A stretch of DNA of 64,000 bases from Phoronis australis (Eukaryota > Animalia > Phoronida), in NCBI GenBank assembly GCA_002633005.1, contig NMRA01000377.1, positions 181,546-245,545 on the forward strand, given 5' to 3'. Each line of letters begins with the position of its first letter. Within the stretch, counting starts at the first letter, position 1. Positions 46,523 to 59,742 of this stretch are shown in pieces. Both the position numbers and the translations under genes were made by a program. A model generated the notes under the pieces. The model was not told the DNA's origin. It saw nothing but the letters and a program-made list of their open reading frames with translations, and did no database searches.

Positions 46523-48460
46523 AAGTGACTGATTATAGTGTTTATTCATTTTTACCTAGAGCAATCCAACGCATACAGACTTTGTACCAAGGCTACCCTA
46601 AATAATAATACTCCGAAGTTTCTGGGACAGAGCCTTAAAATGTATTTGCATGGTCCTAACTAAACGACAATGCTATTTTAACATAATCTATGCTAATTAA
46701 AGTGCAGTTGTATTCATTGGCAACTTGTAAATGTGAAAACAAAAAATCTGCAAATAGGTAACCTTTGCACTAATGACGTACCTCACGGGCTCACATCATG
46801 CACTGTTATTCTCGAGCACCATCTCACAATACTTACTAAACGCAGTTCAGTGATTTGCAGCAGATCATTTTCGTCCAAAAAACTCGTTCTTAAAAACATT
46901 TGATAATTTTCAAACTACTTCATATTCCCACTGTCACTTTATGTTGCATTTCTAACTAATTTGGATAAACAATCACAGAGATAAGGAATTAGCCTGCAAG
47001 TTCCACTTTGAGTAACTTTTTGTGAAATAAAAACCAGAGAAAAGATTTGTGTCTACAATATCAATACTGGAAATCTGACGTGTACATGAGGTACGTATAT
47101 AGCAACTTGTTTTGATCTCCCAATAACGAATCTAGACACAGACCTACTCTTCCTAATACTGTGAGCAGTAGATTGTCACACACAATGTGTGTTCTGAAAA
47201 CTATTCTAGAATTCAAGAAACATGTTTTCAAGAATGAAGATATTGAAATTCCCATGACAACTTCTTTGTTCATTACAGCATATGTCATCACCACATTTGA
47301 CTGAGGGCATAGATGCACAACTTTGTGGCTCAAATTTGAACTTTGATCACGTTTATTATAGGTACACTCCGAAACCCTATAGTCGTCCGCCTAAGCATAA
47401 AACCGGCTTGTTGTCTTACTCACCCAATTATTCCACTTCAAAGTTATGATCTGAATAGGACTTGATTTAACTCTCACAAATATATAGTATTCGTTGATTC
47501 AAACGTTTTCTTTNCCCTCCCACCCCTCTCAATCACCATCCCAGACCTCATCAGCAATACCACAGGTAACCAAAACTAATGTTTTACAGAAGGGAATCTA
47601 ACCTCGAATGGAAAACTGACTGAAAAGTGACTGATTATAGTGTTTATTCATTTTTACCTAGAGCAATCCAACGCATACAGACTTTGTACCAAGGCTACCC
47701 TAAATAATAATACTCCGAAGTTTCTGGGACAGCGCCTTAAAATGTATTTGCATGGTCTCAACTAAACGACAATGCTATTTTAACATAATCTATACTAATA
47801 AAAGTGCAATTGTATTCATTAGCAACTTGTATATGTGAAAACAAAAAATTCTGCAAATAGGTAACCTATGCACTAATGACGTACCTCACGGGCTCACATC
47901 ATGCTCTGTTATTCCCCAGCACCATCTCACGATACTTACTAGACGTAGTTCAGTGATTTGCAGCGGATCATTTTCGCCACAAAAATCGTTCTTAAAAACA
48001 TTTGGCAATTTTCAACCTACTTCATATTCTCACTGTCACTTTACGTTGCGTTTCTAACTAATTTGGACAAACAATCACAGAGATAAGGAATTAGCATGCA
48101 AGTTCCACTTTGAGTAACTTGTGAAAAAAAGACCAGAGAAAAGACTTGTGTCTACAATATCAATACTGGAAATCTGACGTGTACATGAGGTACGTGTATA
48201 GCAACTTGTTTTAAACTCCCAATAACGATTCTAGACACAGACCTACTCTTCCTAATACTATGAGCAGTAGATTGTCACACACAATGTGTGTTCTGAAAAC
48301 TATATCTAGAATTCAAAAAACATGTTTGAATGGAGATATTGAAATTCCCATGACAACTTCTTTGTTCATTAGAGCATATGTCATCACCACATTTGACTGA
48401 GGGCATAGATGCACAACTTTGTGGCTCAAATTTGAACTTTGATCACGTTTATTATAGGTA
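46523..48460. other. Uncollapsed haplotype duplication (46523..47364 vs 47625..48460; 47515..47617 = 43787..43889)
   Basis: Copies around the n at 47514. Confidence 0.85.
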
Positions 48461-51348
48461 ATTATAGGTTTTAGGGTTCGTGAACACATATGCGATATAT
48501 GGCAATTTCAGTGCCAATGGCAGTGGAACAACAAAACGGCAACTTAAGGCAATACTTGTTATACCTGAATGACATCAAACAGACATTTAGCAATATACTG
48601 CATCACAATTAGCACGTTTTGTTATGTAACTCAATGTTTGACACAGCTTAAACTGAAGTGTGAAGTGTCGATGTAAGTTGTTGATCATGTCGAATCATGA
48701 TGAGTGACAGACTGATCCGAATGAGCCCAAGATTAAATCGAGATGAACTTAAGGTTCTTCAGTCAACACCACTATCTAAACTGGATATGTACTTAAATAA
48801 AAGAGTCGGGTTTATACTCGATTAATAGGTAGTCAGACTTACCACGACCATGTTCTTCTTAGAATGGTAATTTCAAATCGTGATAAACATTACCCAGGCC
48901 ACCAATAAACTTCCGGCGAGATAAGAGAGCCCTCTTGAGAGATGATGAAACTCATACTAGTGTCATCTATCGGTATCTTTTGACATATCTTGTCTTCGAG
49001 TCTTACTCTGGCTGGTGATGCGCATCGGGGCCTGATTGTTCGGTGAGCCCCCGAACGAAGGCGCAAGAGAATTCCCCTCACGGTCGCCACCGTATTTCTC
49101 CAATGGGTGCTTTGCTGCTCCATTTTTTTTCTTGTTTTGCACGAATTTTGCTTAACTTTTATCGCGGACAATCTTCAGTGGGGGACTGGAACTGAGGGGA
49201 CCATTGACACCTTGTCTCCCAACTTCAATTTATTTATGTAAATATCCCGATCAACTAATTATTCCTTGGATTTCAGCTCTGCAATGTCAATGAAGCAGAA
49301 AAATATCCCCGGGAATATCTCGACGTCAGTGGGCGGTCTCCGCGGTGCGGCCACTGAGGGTCGCGGCAAAGTACTAGGCCTGGTATGATATTGCCTTGAT
49401 TGGTAGCCCTACGCACGAACAACCACCAGCTAAGAACAACAACATTTCATTACAACTTCGGTTTATGTGGCCAACCTAATTCATCTTCTTGTCAATCTTT
49501 GTCGAAGCCTGAAGACGGATGCCAGACTCAGCCGAGGCAGTCCCGGCATCATGTGTCAGTTAGAAGGATCACGGGGGGTTAGTGGGTTTGAGACACACCC
49601 TGTATGCATATTTTGTCTATTTACCTGAAATTTTGTTCGGAATCATTTTTCTGTCGGGTACGCCACAGAAACAGTGTTCACTGCGGAATGACCTTCCAGG
49701 ATACCGTTTTAATTGAGCCGCGGCGCGATGCGGCAGCTGAAAATTAGAAAAAGCCTAGCTACCTATTTTTCAGTAGAGCATGGTCTCAAAAAGGATACAT
49801 CTCTAGGGAGCTTGACTGTCCTTTCGTTGAAGCACCACCTTTTTATAGGGGTGAGAAACATTCCTACGAAACTATTCGTAGGGATACTTGGGTAGCTGTC
49901 TTTTTCCATTATGCTTAGTGAAACAATGCAAGAATGAGAGATCGATGTTACATTGGTATGTTACCAAAAATGAGTACAGTTTTGCACCCAGTTTTAAGAA
50001 TAAAGATAATGTTTAAACTCGTCTATTTTTGTTCTTGGAAAATTCCACTTTAATGTAGATTTGTGAACCTTTTTGTAAGGAATCAACTAGAAGGCATAGG
50101 ATACTCTGTCGGCAGGGAAACTGGTAGTCCCGTATTTTCATTTGCGAGTAACAAGGAGATAGATTGGGTTGCGATTCAGTCGCTGTTGAAACACATTGCA
50201 TTTTTGCGTCCTGGCCATACAAATTCTGCGTCGGGTAGCATTCACAACCGTCAGTAAAGGACCTTTGAAAGATGTCATGACTCTGGAACATCACATGCCA
50301 AGTGAAACTTTCAGATACTATGATATGCTTATATAAATCTCCCAAAACCTAGTTTCAAAATGATGACCTTCTGTAAGAGGGGATCAAAAGGGCTTTTATA
50401 AGGTCAAAAAGGAGGAGTGTTTACAGGGTTTCTACTTTCAGAAAATGTACACTTTAAATGACTTTGGTTGTATATTAGATATTAGGATGAATGTCCAGAA
50501 TTGTCGATAAAGTCATTATATAAACAAGACTCAATTGTAGGAGTACATTTTGTACAATTATTGTTGCTTGTGAAAAGTAGAATTCTGATTGGCTATTATT
50601 CTTTGTATCTTCTGTGTACATCTATTCAATTCATCCAGTCACATAACTGCCGGTATCGCCGCGCCAGTTCCATGAGCCTATATCGTAAATATGGCTTTTT
50701 TATCCAAGTGGTTCGCATAATTATTGGCGCATGCACTTAATTTTCGCATATAAGCCTTAAGCATAGACCCACGCGTTAATTCGCATATATGCGTACCCGT
50801 TTTGACTACCACTGTACCTCCTAATGGTATTTTTTAAGTATATTTTTATATTTTTGGAGTTCCACTTGGCGTATTTTCAAGAAATTTGGTAAGCAATTTA
50901 TTTTGTATTACCGTATTTCTGAGCCTATAGCCCCATGGCCTAGATCCGAAATAATGCCTTTTTTGGGGCGTTTTTATCCTAATGGTTCGCATTTTGTCGC
51001 ATTATGCGCCTAAGTGTCGCATATAAGCTCAGTTTCGCGGCACAGAGACCCATGGGTCTAATGGCGTGACAATGCTGTAGTATCTCATTAGTATGTAGTT
51101 TAATGCCTAGCAGTTCAAGCGGGGTTTGGAGTTGCGTTTAATTATTCAATGAGCGTTTGTGCTACGCAACAAACTTGTAGCGATCAAAATAATTAAATAA
51201 TCTATTGCTGCAGTAGCTCGCTCGATTTTCATTACACGAGGAAGTGCTGGTCGAGAAGAAATCCCGCTGCCGGGTCCGTATCAAGAATCACGCAATTTTA
51301 TACACAATTTCAGGCTACCCGAACACACTCGTGAAAATAGTTCTGCAC

Positions 51349-51644
51349 GCAGTCAAGAACAAGACTCGGGCCGGGTCCTGTAAACCCATACTATCAGATA
51401 AAAACGGTCCCACACTCATAGAATACGACTAACGCACCCCAAAAAGACGACTAGAATTAAAATCACGCGCAAAGATGACCCAGGGAATAGTTTGTGAGTT
51501 GTGTTTACAGGTGCTGGAGCCTTGTTTGAGGTCAACGAGCCTGCTGGCTTTTTGGGCGCGTGAGCCGTGTTTTGTGAGACCAGGACCGTGTTTGTATGTC
51601 ACTGAATTGAGTTTACGGGTCCGCGAGTCGTGGTCTTGACTGCT
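51349..51644. mobile_element. Foldback / MITE-like inverted repeat
   Basis: GCAGTCAAGAACAAGACTCG..TGTAAAC is inverted relative to GTTTACGGG..CGAGTCGTGGTCTTGACTGC. Confidence 0.5.
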
Positions 51645-53876
51645 GAGTTATTTTCATGATTACATGAGCGGCGATGTTCAGCTCAATGCGCCTATCTCAT
51701 GTCAGTTACGTAAGTCCACGATCTTCTTGGAGAGCGTGGAAATAATGAGATGGTAAATTGCTTATTTTGCTCTGAGCGGAGTCGTTTATTACTTGGTCGT
51801 GTAACGATGACATAAATATACGTACATGTACGTGACCCTCGGTGTTACAAGCCGACAGCAGTGATGATACTTTCACACGTACAGGTAAATTACTTCCTTA
51901 CACATAATGACAAGCATGTTACACGTACGACTATCTTACGTGCTTTGAAGTACAATGCACCAGGATTAGCAGTGGAACAAGCGCATAGACATATATCGTA
52001 AGTGAGACTTGTCTAAAACGTAGATGGAATAGATATTTGGTAATTAGATGTTTTGAAAATGTCCAAATTTTACTAAGTTCGGAAAATACTATCTCTGAAA
52101 TGGTTGGTCGGATTCACACGAAACTTTCAGATACTGAGTTTCATGCGCTGTTCTCACGCCTCGCTCACTGATGATTAATGTTCCACTTTTGCAAGAAGGG
52201 TTGTCAAAAATAGGACTTTCGAGCTTTTTTTGAAATACATCGGAAAGTTGTAACAGTGTTTTTGAAATTTCATCTTGAACAACAGCACCAAGTTTGCTGT
52301 AATTGTGCATTTCTTTTTTGCGGAATGTTATGAAAAAGACACGATTACGCGGTCAACCAACGTCAGATTGGTCAAAGCCAAAATATCATATTCTAAAGGC
52401 TTTCTGATTCTAGAGAAATTCTATTGAATTTCGCAATTACAGGTATTTGGCTGAATGCACAGATGGTACTGTGTACATACACATACATACATATACACAA
52501 AGTGTACCGAAATTGGCGTAGATGAAGTAATCTAGGTCAAACGAGTTACGTTTTGTATTTAACCCATACGCTTCGAGTTCCTAAGTTTCTTTCATTTTTT
52601 TTTCGGCAGTTTATAGTACATGTATTTCACCCAGACGTGGCGGATCACATCCTATATGTAATTACTTGCGCGTTAGGTTACAAGTTTTCTCTAGTAAAAG
52701 AAATACTTGTTTTAAATGTGACGATTTGTTACTTGATAAGAGATAACAAAGATGTTAACAACGGTAATTGTGCATTGAACTTGTAATATTTCCTGAAAAT
52801 AGTTAAATAACAACAATATCTAATGTTGTAGTTACCGAGGAATCGGCGCCAGAGTAGCAAACGATATAATATTTAGCAAAAGTGTCATATAATTAACAGT
52901 TTTTTACCAGATGTTACGTTTGGGTCCTGATTGCATGATATTGAATGCTATTTATACTGCTACAATTGTATTGCTTTAAACTATTTTGGGAAATACTGAT
53001 GATCAAACCGGCTAACGAGACCTGTCGACATTGACCTACCTTTTGAACTTTCCATGTCAGAGGGCACTATTGAGATAGTGCGGGAGGTGAATTCGGAAAA
53101 CTTCGCCACATGGCCGTAATGGACTCGGACCGATTCAACGCGTATGGAATAAAAAGACCTATAGCACAACCTTAATATTTATCCAACTGAATTCCAAGCT
53201 ACTTCAATGTTATGCTCATCACACTAAATTTGCCGATATGTTGGCAACCAATTTTGGATTGGCTATACCAGATGGCAGTATTTCGAATACGGATAAAAAT
53301 CTTTGATTACTATCCAGGCACCAAATCGTAAACAGAACGCCAGCACAGTCCGGACACACGTAAGCTACGATCACACCAAGTCTATATGCCCCTTACTAGA
53401 CTAAATAAGTGGCAACAAGACTGCATTTCCACTTGTTTAGCTGTGCGAAAAAATAATAAAAAGTAGACCACTTGTCCTTGCCATTTTAGCAAGTCCATAT
53501 CTGTTGCCAACAAGAACAACTAAGGAGATGCACGAATCAAAAAACGTTTCGAAATATCGTGGAGCTACCGGTTATCACTCAATACAACCTGGGAGTTGAA
53601 ACCGATATCTTTACACGGAAATTTCAAAGTTTAGTTTGCCAGGTGCATTTCTTATTTTCACGATTACTGGAGTAAGTGAGAAGAGGGAGTAGCTTTAACA
53701 CTGAGAATTCCCAGGAGACCTCGCCCATGCCAAATGACGTCGCATGGAGGTCACAAGCTATTGTTTATCTTCAGTGCGAGATCCAAGCGACGGTCGTCAG
53801 CGCGTCGCATGGTTCTCGCCTATGGGATGCTATCATTGTTCTCCTTTGTTGCGTCTTTGTTGGATGTAGCAATACG

Positions 53877-54029
53877 GGCGTGCGTTCAGTAGTCGCTAGG
53901 ACCTACGCTAGGACCTAGCTAAAACCTAGTCAAAGTCACGTGCTCTCATTAAAAATGCACGGCAATGTCTCACGTAATCTCGCGAAGTCTTGCTTTTTAG
54001 CGAGGTCCTAGCGTTACTGAACGGGAGGC
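53877..54029 (+). mobile_element. About 150-bp MITE family, 4 copies (35003-35142, 53877-54029, 56261-56412, 63797-63937 reversed)
   Basis: Shared GTTCAGTAACGCTAGGACC / GGTCCTAGCGTTACTGAAC inverted arms and a conserved core. Confidence 0.8.
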
Positions 54030-54690
54030 GGGTAGCACGGATATTGTACCTTGGGCGCACATCAGCCGGTAACCGATAAAAGAATGCTTACCATTATCTT
54101 TATTATATCAAATAAAACCAAAGTGAACAATGGATACCCCTTTCTAGCGATATCTACGCGACAAGCTTGCGACATAGTTTCAATGCGACCACCAATTACG
54201 CCTGAGAGTATAGTGTGACTGGAGCGTGAAGCACTGAATTCAGCTTATAGATACTATTAATATTCAAAGCTACTTGTCTCTCTTTTTAGCTGGCTAAAAC
54301 GAAAATCGAGTTAGTCATTTGTCGCAGGTAATGCATCCAAGCGCCGTTTTCGAGTTTGCATGGCCAGCCCCCATAAAATTCGAAACGCACATTGAATGCC
54401 TGATGATGGTGATCTTGTTGTTAATGAAAACAGAATTGTATCACGGTAAGGAATATTAGGAGGCTGATTTTATGAGACCAAAAGGCCTATTTGGATTTTC
54501 GTTTTTAGGCAGCATAACAGGGCGCAATGCAGGTGTAAACAATTATTAATTTAAATTTCTTAATAACAGGACATTCTATTATTTCCAGTGAAGTACGTCT
54601 AGTGAAACGGCGACACATAGCAGTTGAAAAGATGTGACTTGGAACATACCTATTCCACCGGAAGTGAGGAGAATTGGATCAGTTGTTGCT

Positions 54691-54963
54691 ATGGGATGCA
54701 GTACTTCAAAGGGTGGAGTGGTGTCCTCGAAGTACGGCCATATTCAGGATGTCAAGCGCCGGAAAGCGACGCCGTCAGGCTTGAGTTTGGATGTTACGGA
54801 CGTTTCGGATTCAAATTTCGCCACACATTCAACTTACATGCCGGAGGAAGCAAGTTCACCGTGTGAATTGCACGGCAGCGCCGTCGCTTCGATGTCGCGT
54901 GGCGAAGCAGACGGACAAGACAGCGGGGATGAAAAAAGTTGTTCGGAAAATAAAAACAACTGA
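54691..54963 (+). CDS. Small uncharacterised Ser-rich protein with N-terminal MGCSTSK myristoylation/palmitoylation motif (90 aa)
   Basis: GC-elevated ORF with an MGCxxS start. Upstream acceptor atttccag at about 54588, candidate UTR exon 54290..54327 ending cag|gtaatg, and AATAAA at about 55345 and 55617. Confidence 0.6.
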   Translation: MGCSTSKGGVVSSKYGHIQDVKRRKATPSGLSLDVTDVSDSNFATHSTYMPEEASSPCELHGSAVASMSRGEADGQDSGDEKSCSENKNN

Positions 54964-55066
54964 AGAAGAACGTGGTACATCATCAGGGTGGAGTTCCGTA
55001 GACGCAAGAAAATTGCGGGCAAAACTAGCGTGATCACGTGTTGTTCTCATGCAATGCATCGGAAAA

Positions 55067-55311
55067 CATGGGGGCACCCGGGGGGATGGCTCGAGGGGCT
55101 CGAACGAGCGCCCCAATTAGGCGAAATGGGTAAAAAGGTCCGCCTCAGAGAAACAAAAAGTCCGAGAAAACGAGACAAAAGTCCACTAAAAAGGCGCAGA
55201 CGCACAATGAAGGTGGTACCCCGTTTTTTAATCCTCCTGCTTTTTTGTCACGGAAAGGTCCACATCGCCAGAAATTCGAGCCCCCATATTAAAGGCTGGG
55301 TGCGCGCCGTG
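55067..55311 (+). mobile_element. hAT-like MITE family, 2 copies (second at about 57210..57476)
   Basis: Shared GGCTCGAACGAGC.CCCCAATT..AAAAAGGTCCGCCTCAG..AAAAGTCCGAG..AAATTCGAG.CCCC..GGCTGGGTG blocks. Confidence 0.7.
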
Positions 55312-58300
55312 CTGCCACGGTGGCCAAACAAGTCTTCGTGGCGAAATAAATATGCAGGTTTCCCAGCATAAGGAGGTTTATGAAGATAGCCATTCACAAT
55401 GAATATGAACTAATCACGTTTACGACATGAAAACACAGCGTCGCCGGTCTTTGCAATAACGCCAGTTACGACCGCTCTCCACCGTTGGCCAAAACGAACC
55501 CTGTCTTAAGTAAACTAAGTTGATGTAAAATTTGAACAGTTTCAAAGGATATGTGCCTGCTTTTACTTTAATGTTATGTGCGTTGTTTCTTTTATGAATG
55601 TCCATGAAGTTTACGTAATAAATAACTCGTGATCTCTGACTCTGATTTGTGCGATGCACTCCTCAGTGTTCACAGACGGCGGACACTAAGCGGGGGCGTC
55701 CGGAGCTCGGGGTGTTCGATGCAATCCAGGCGTATGACAGCGTTTTCCCGTTAATTCAGTGACTTTACCAGACGAAGGGGGTTCTGAGCGTGTGATAACA
55801 TCTAGCTTCTTTGTTAACTGCCAAGCACAGTCTTTTGTCTGTTATGACAACAGGCACGTCAATTATCTACCAGGCTTATTACAGACCACGTGTGAACACC
55901 GTCAAACCCATTCGGAAAGAATAGATTATCGTAACTTCAGTTGCAGTTGGGCGATTTTGGCGATTCAAAAACTAAACATGGTTACCATTTGACGAGGATT
56001 TCAGAAATTCTATTGGTTTATGTTCAAATATGTTATAACTTAACTTTTATTTTTAACAGCACAGCCCAGTCAGGCTAGATACGATCTTATTGAAGACTAG
56101 AGCAATTATCGAACAAAAGAGAGCTGGCCCTCCAACAATGAATGCCAGAATGGAGTTAATCAGTCGTGTAAGATATTGGCTACAGGGGTAAACTTTCCAA
56201 CTTGTTGTTGGGCTATAGAATCGAACAAGGTGGGAGCAACGGGAACGTCGACGTAATGCTTGCGTTCAGTAACACAAGGACCTACGCTAGGACCTAGCTA
56301 AAATCTAGTCAAAGCCACGTACGTGTTCTCATTTAAAAGACACGACAATATCTCACGTATTCTCGCGAAGTTTTGCTTTTTAGCGAGGTCCTAGTGTTAC
56401 TGAACGGGAGGCAGGACTACGTACTACGTGAAGACAATCGAAGAAAGGCTACTGTAGTCACGTGCTTCGCTTACATAGTTCGTGGTCGGTGATATCTCGC
56501 GAGTTTTGCCAAGAAACTTGTTCTACGTAGCATGGCCCTGTTTGGAGAGTTACTACTAGGCCTACACCAATAATAAGAGCGTTTCACGTGCCTCTGAACT
56601 AAATAAAGTCATTTTTAGGGTATAACTAAAATACCAGGACTGCGTTGGGTAGCCAAATTTCTTGAGCGATAAGTGAAATCACGCAAGTCTTTGGCATTAC
56701 ATTCCAATCGCACCACAAGACTCGCTCAGCATGAAACGAACACACATAAGCCTACAGCGAGATGTTTTATAGAATCTGTTCCTGTACGACCGAACAAACG
56801 CACGTACCTGGCTTGCAAGCCGTAGTTGGTAAAACTGATTTATCCTGTCTCATGCTAGTGTTCCCGGTAAACAACACAACAACAACCTCAGTTTGCGTTG
56901 GAAGATATCCAGATTCGTAACTACCGTAAAAAGTCAGTTACCTGAGACGGCCTTTAAACAAAAAATCGGCCATAATTATGTTTTAGTCAAGGCGAAAATG
57001 ACTTCAATTGAGGCACAAAGACGAAGTCACGAGACGGAAAATATTAGAATCAGTTGGGATCTATAATCTGGGGTAGCACGTGGTCTAACACTTGCTTCAT
57101 TCGCGAGTAGGCTACTTTACGTCTACGGAACATGCCTCTGACCACTATTAAATATTATAATCCACGCAAGATTGCATTTCCAGATTAAATGTAGAGTGAC
57201 TTTGCTGGTAGGGGAGCATATGGGAGGGGGGTGGGTGGCTCGAACGAGCCCCCCAATTTGGCGGATTGGGCAAAAAGGTCCGCCTCAGCAAAAGTCCGAG
57301 TAAACGAGACAAAAGTCCACAAAGCCGACAGGAATTCGGCGCGGATGCACAATCCGAATCCGTAAGCCTGGACCTAGTGGGCCCGTTTTTTTAGTCCTCG
57401 TTGTTTTTTTTTTCAGTAAAAGGTCCGCACACCGAAAAATTCGAGTCCCCTATACTTTAGGCTGGGTGGACGCATGTTGAGCTATATTTAGAACCGCCGG
57501 TGCCTGCGATGGGGTAACCATTTCGAATCTCCATCCGAACAGTTGTGAACCTCTATCAGAAATATATCAACGAATAAGCGTAACACCAAGAAAAATATGA
57601 CCACGAGAGGAATAAATGACAAGCATACTGGCAGAAAACCATAATTGGCTTCAATATTCACTGGCACACGACTAGATTCAGCAGGGTTCGAACGCAATAA
57701 GGGTCAAAGCCTTGAACCGTAAAGCTGTCATAGAAAAGAAGCTATCATCGATCAAAACAATTGCGTTGCAATAGTCGCGCAGTGCTGACGGCGTCGAGCA
57801 AAAATAAACTGATCGAATGGATTGAGCCATCCACGCCAAAAAGTAACGTATAAGAAAATGAATATATCATCAGAAAATATGAGACCCCCACCTAGGAACC
57901 AATAGAGATTTACTCGGCCTAACACCAACGAATGAGTGAGAATTTACATACCAATCTTAAAAATAAAAAAGAACCGTTTGCATAAAAACGAGGACTAACG
58001 TGGAGTTAAATACCCCCGCCACCCAAAGCCCGGTCGTTACAAGGACGCAACCGGTTTTACTCATTTTGGGACTATTGGATGGGATAGATTTTTTAATTAA
58101 GTTATAAGGCTTTGACCAGGGCTATAAAACAGAAAAATCCTTGTATTCTCGCCGCAGTCTGTCAATCATTTGCTGAAATCGAGGCTTTTACCATTATTGT
58201 TGGTAGTCAATATATATTTGAAATAATCATTTATCGAGAAGGGCTTAGCTGACCAGCAAAGATTTGCGGGCTGCGACCCCTGAGACTTAAATTCCGCGTT

Positions 58301-58736
58301 GAGGCTCATCTCAAAATAAGAATATCACTTCAACCTGCGCTAATCCAACACATCGCCGCCAAGATATCCAACGCAAAATATATAAATCGATAAAATCTCT
58401 ATCGTGTGACAGGTTTGCATTCTTTGAAATGGGAGTTAAAAATAAATCTTATTCGCTGCCGCTACAGATGGGCACGCTTAGAAAAAGCTGGCTACAACAA
58501 GGTAGACGCCGGAATAGATGTCTAAACAGATAATTTACTATAGTGTTATTTTCTTTCTACTGCCTAAGACGCAGAATATATACCATATTCCTGAACAATA
58601 AAGAATGTGTTCTAAACCATATAATTAAATTATGACCCAAATGATCATTCAGACACTGGAAAATAATACGAATGAAAAAATCAATTTTCAGAACCCATGG
58701 GGCCGTGTTATGTCTGTCACATGTAACTGACCTCAA

Positions 58737-58929
58737 TACTCTGCGCGTGTAAGCGCAGAGTACTATTGTTCCTGGGTTTTCTTCAATTTTATTCTTATTC
58801 TTATTACTCTGCGCGTGTAAGCGCAGAGTACTGTTGTTCCTGGGTTTTCTTCAATTTTATTCTTATTCTTATTACTCTGCGCGTGTAAGCGCAGAGTACT
58901 GTTGTTCCTGGGTTTTCTTCAATTTTATT
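58737..58929. repeat. 68-bp tandem repeat (at least 3 units, runs into the N gap) with a 10-bp-stem hairpin
   Basis: TACTCTGCGC-GTGTAA-GCGCAGAGTA at 58737, 58805 and 58873. Confidence 0.9.
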
Positions 58930-59678
58930 NNNNNNNNNNNNNNNNNNNNNNNNNNNNNNNNNNNNNNNNNNNNNNNNNNNNNNNNNNNNNNNNNNNNNNN
59001 NNNNNNNNNNNNNNNNNNNNNNNNNNNNNNNNNNNNNNNNNNNNNNNNNNNNNNNNNNNNNNNNNNNNNNNNNNNNNNNNNNNNNNNNNNNNNNNNNNNN
59101 NNNNNNNNNNNNNNNNNNNNNNNNNNNNNNNNNNNNNNNNNNNNNNNNNNNNNNNNNNNNNNNNNNNNNNNNNNNNNNNNNNNNNNNNNNNNNNNNNNNN
59201 NNNNNNNNNNNNNNNNNNNNNNNNNNNNNNNNNNNNNNNNNNNNNNNNNNNNNNNNNNNNNNNNNNNNNNNNNNNNNNNNNNNNNNNNNNNNNNNNNNNN
59301 NNNNNNNNNNNNNNNNNNNNNNNNNNNNNNNNNNNNNNNNNNNNNNNNNNNNNNNNNNNNNNNNNNNNNNNNNNNNNNNNNNNNNNNNNNNNNNNNNNNN
59401 NNNNNNNNNNNNNNNNNNNNNNNNNNNNNNNNNNNNNNNNNNNNNNNNNNNNNNNNNNNNNNNNNNNNNNNNNNNNNNNNNNNNNNNNNNNNNNNNNNNN
59501 NNNNNNNNNNNNNNNNNNNNNNNNNNNNNNNNNNNNNNNNNNNNNNNNNNNNNNNNNNNNNNNNNNNNNNNNNNNNNNNNNNNNNNNNNNNNNNNNNNNN
59601 NNNNNNNNNNNNNNNNNNNNNNNNNNNNNNNNNNNNNNNNNNNNNNNNNNNNNNNNNNNNNNNNNNNNNNNNNNNNNN

Positions 59679-59742
59679 GAGGGAGAGGGAGAGGGAGAGG
59701 GGGAGGGGGAGGGAGAGGGGGAGGGAGAGTGAGGGTGAGAGG
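59679..59742. repeat. (GAGGGA)n purine-rich repeat at the gap edge
   Basis: Direct observation. Confidence 0.85.

Noticed and set aside
48843-49600. GC-richer, coding-looking block with a minus-strand donor at 48843
   Set aside because: The frames I translated hit stops and show no recognisable domain; possibly a decayed TE, pseudogene or UTR exon. BLASTx would decide.
54988-55371. 127-aa basic ORF
   Set aside because: Non-ATG start and it runs through a MITE copy (55067-55311).
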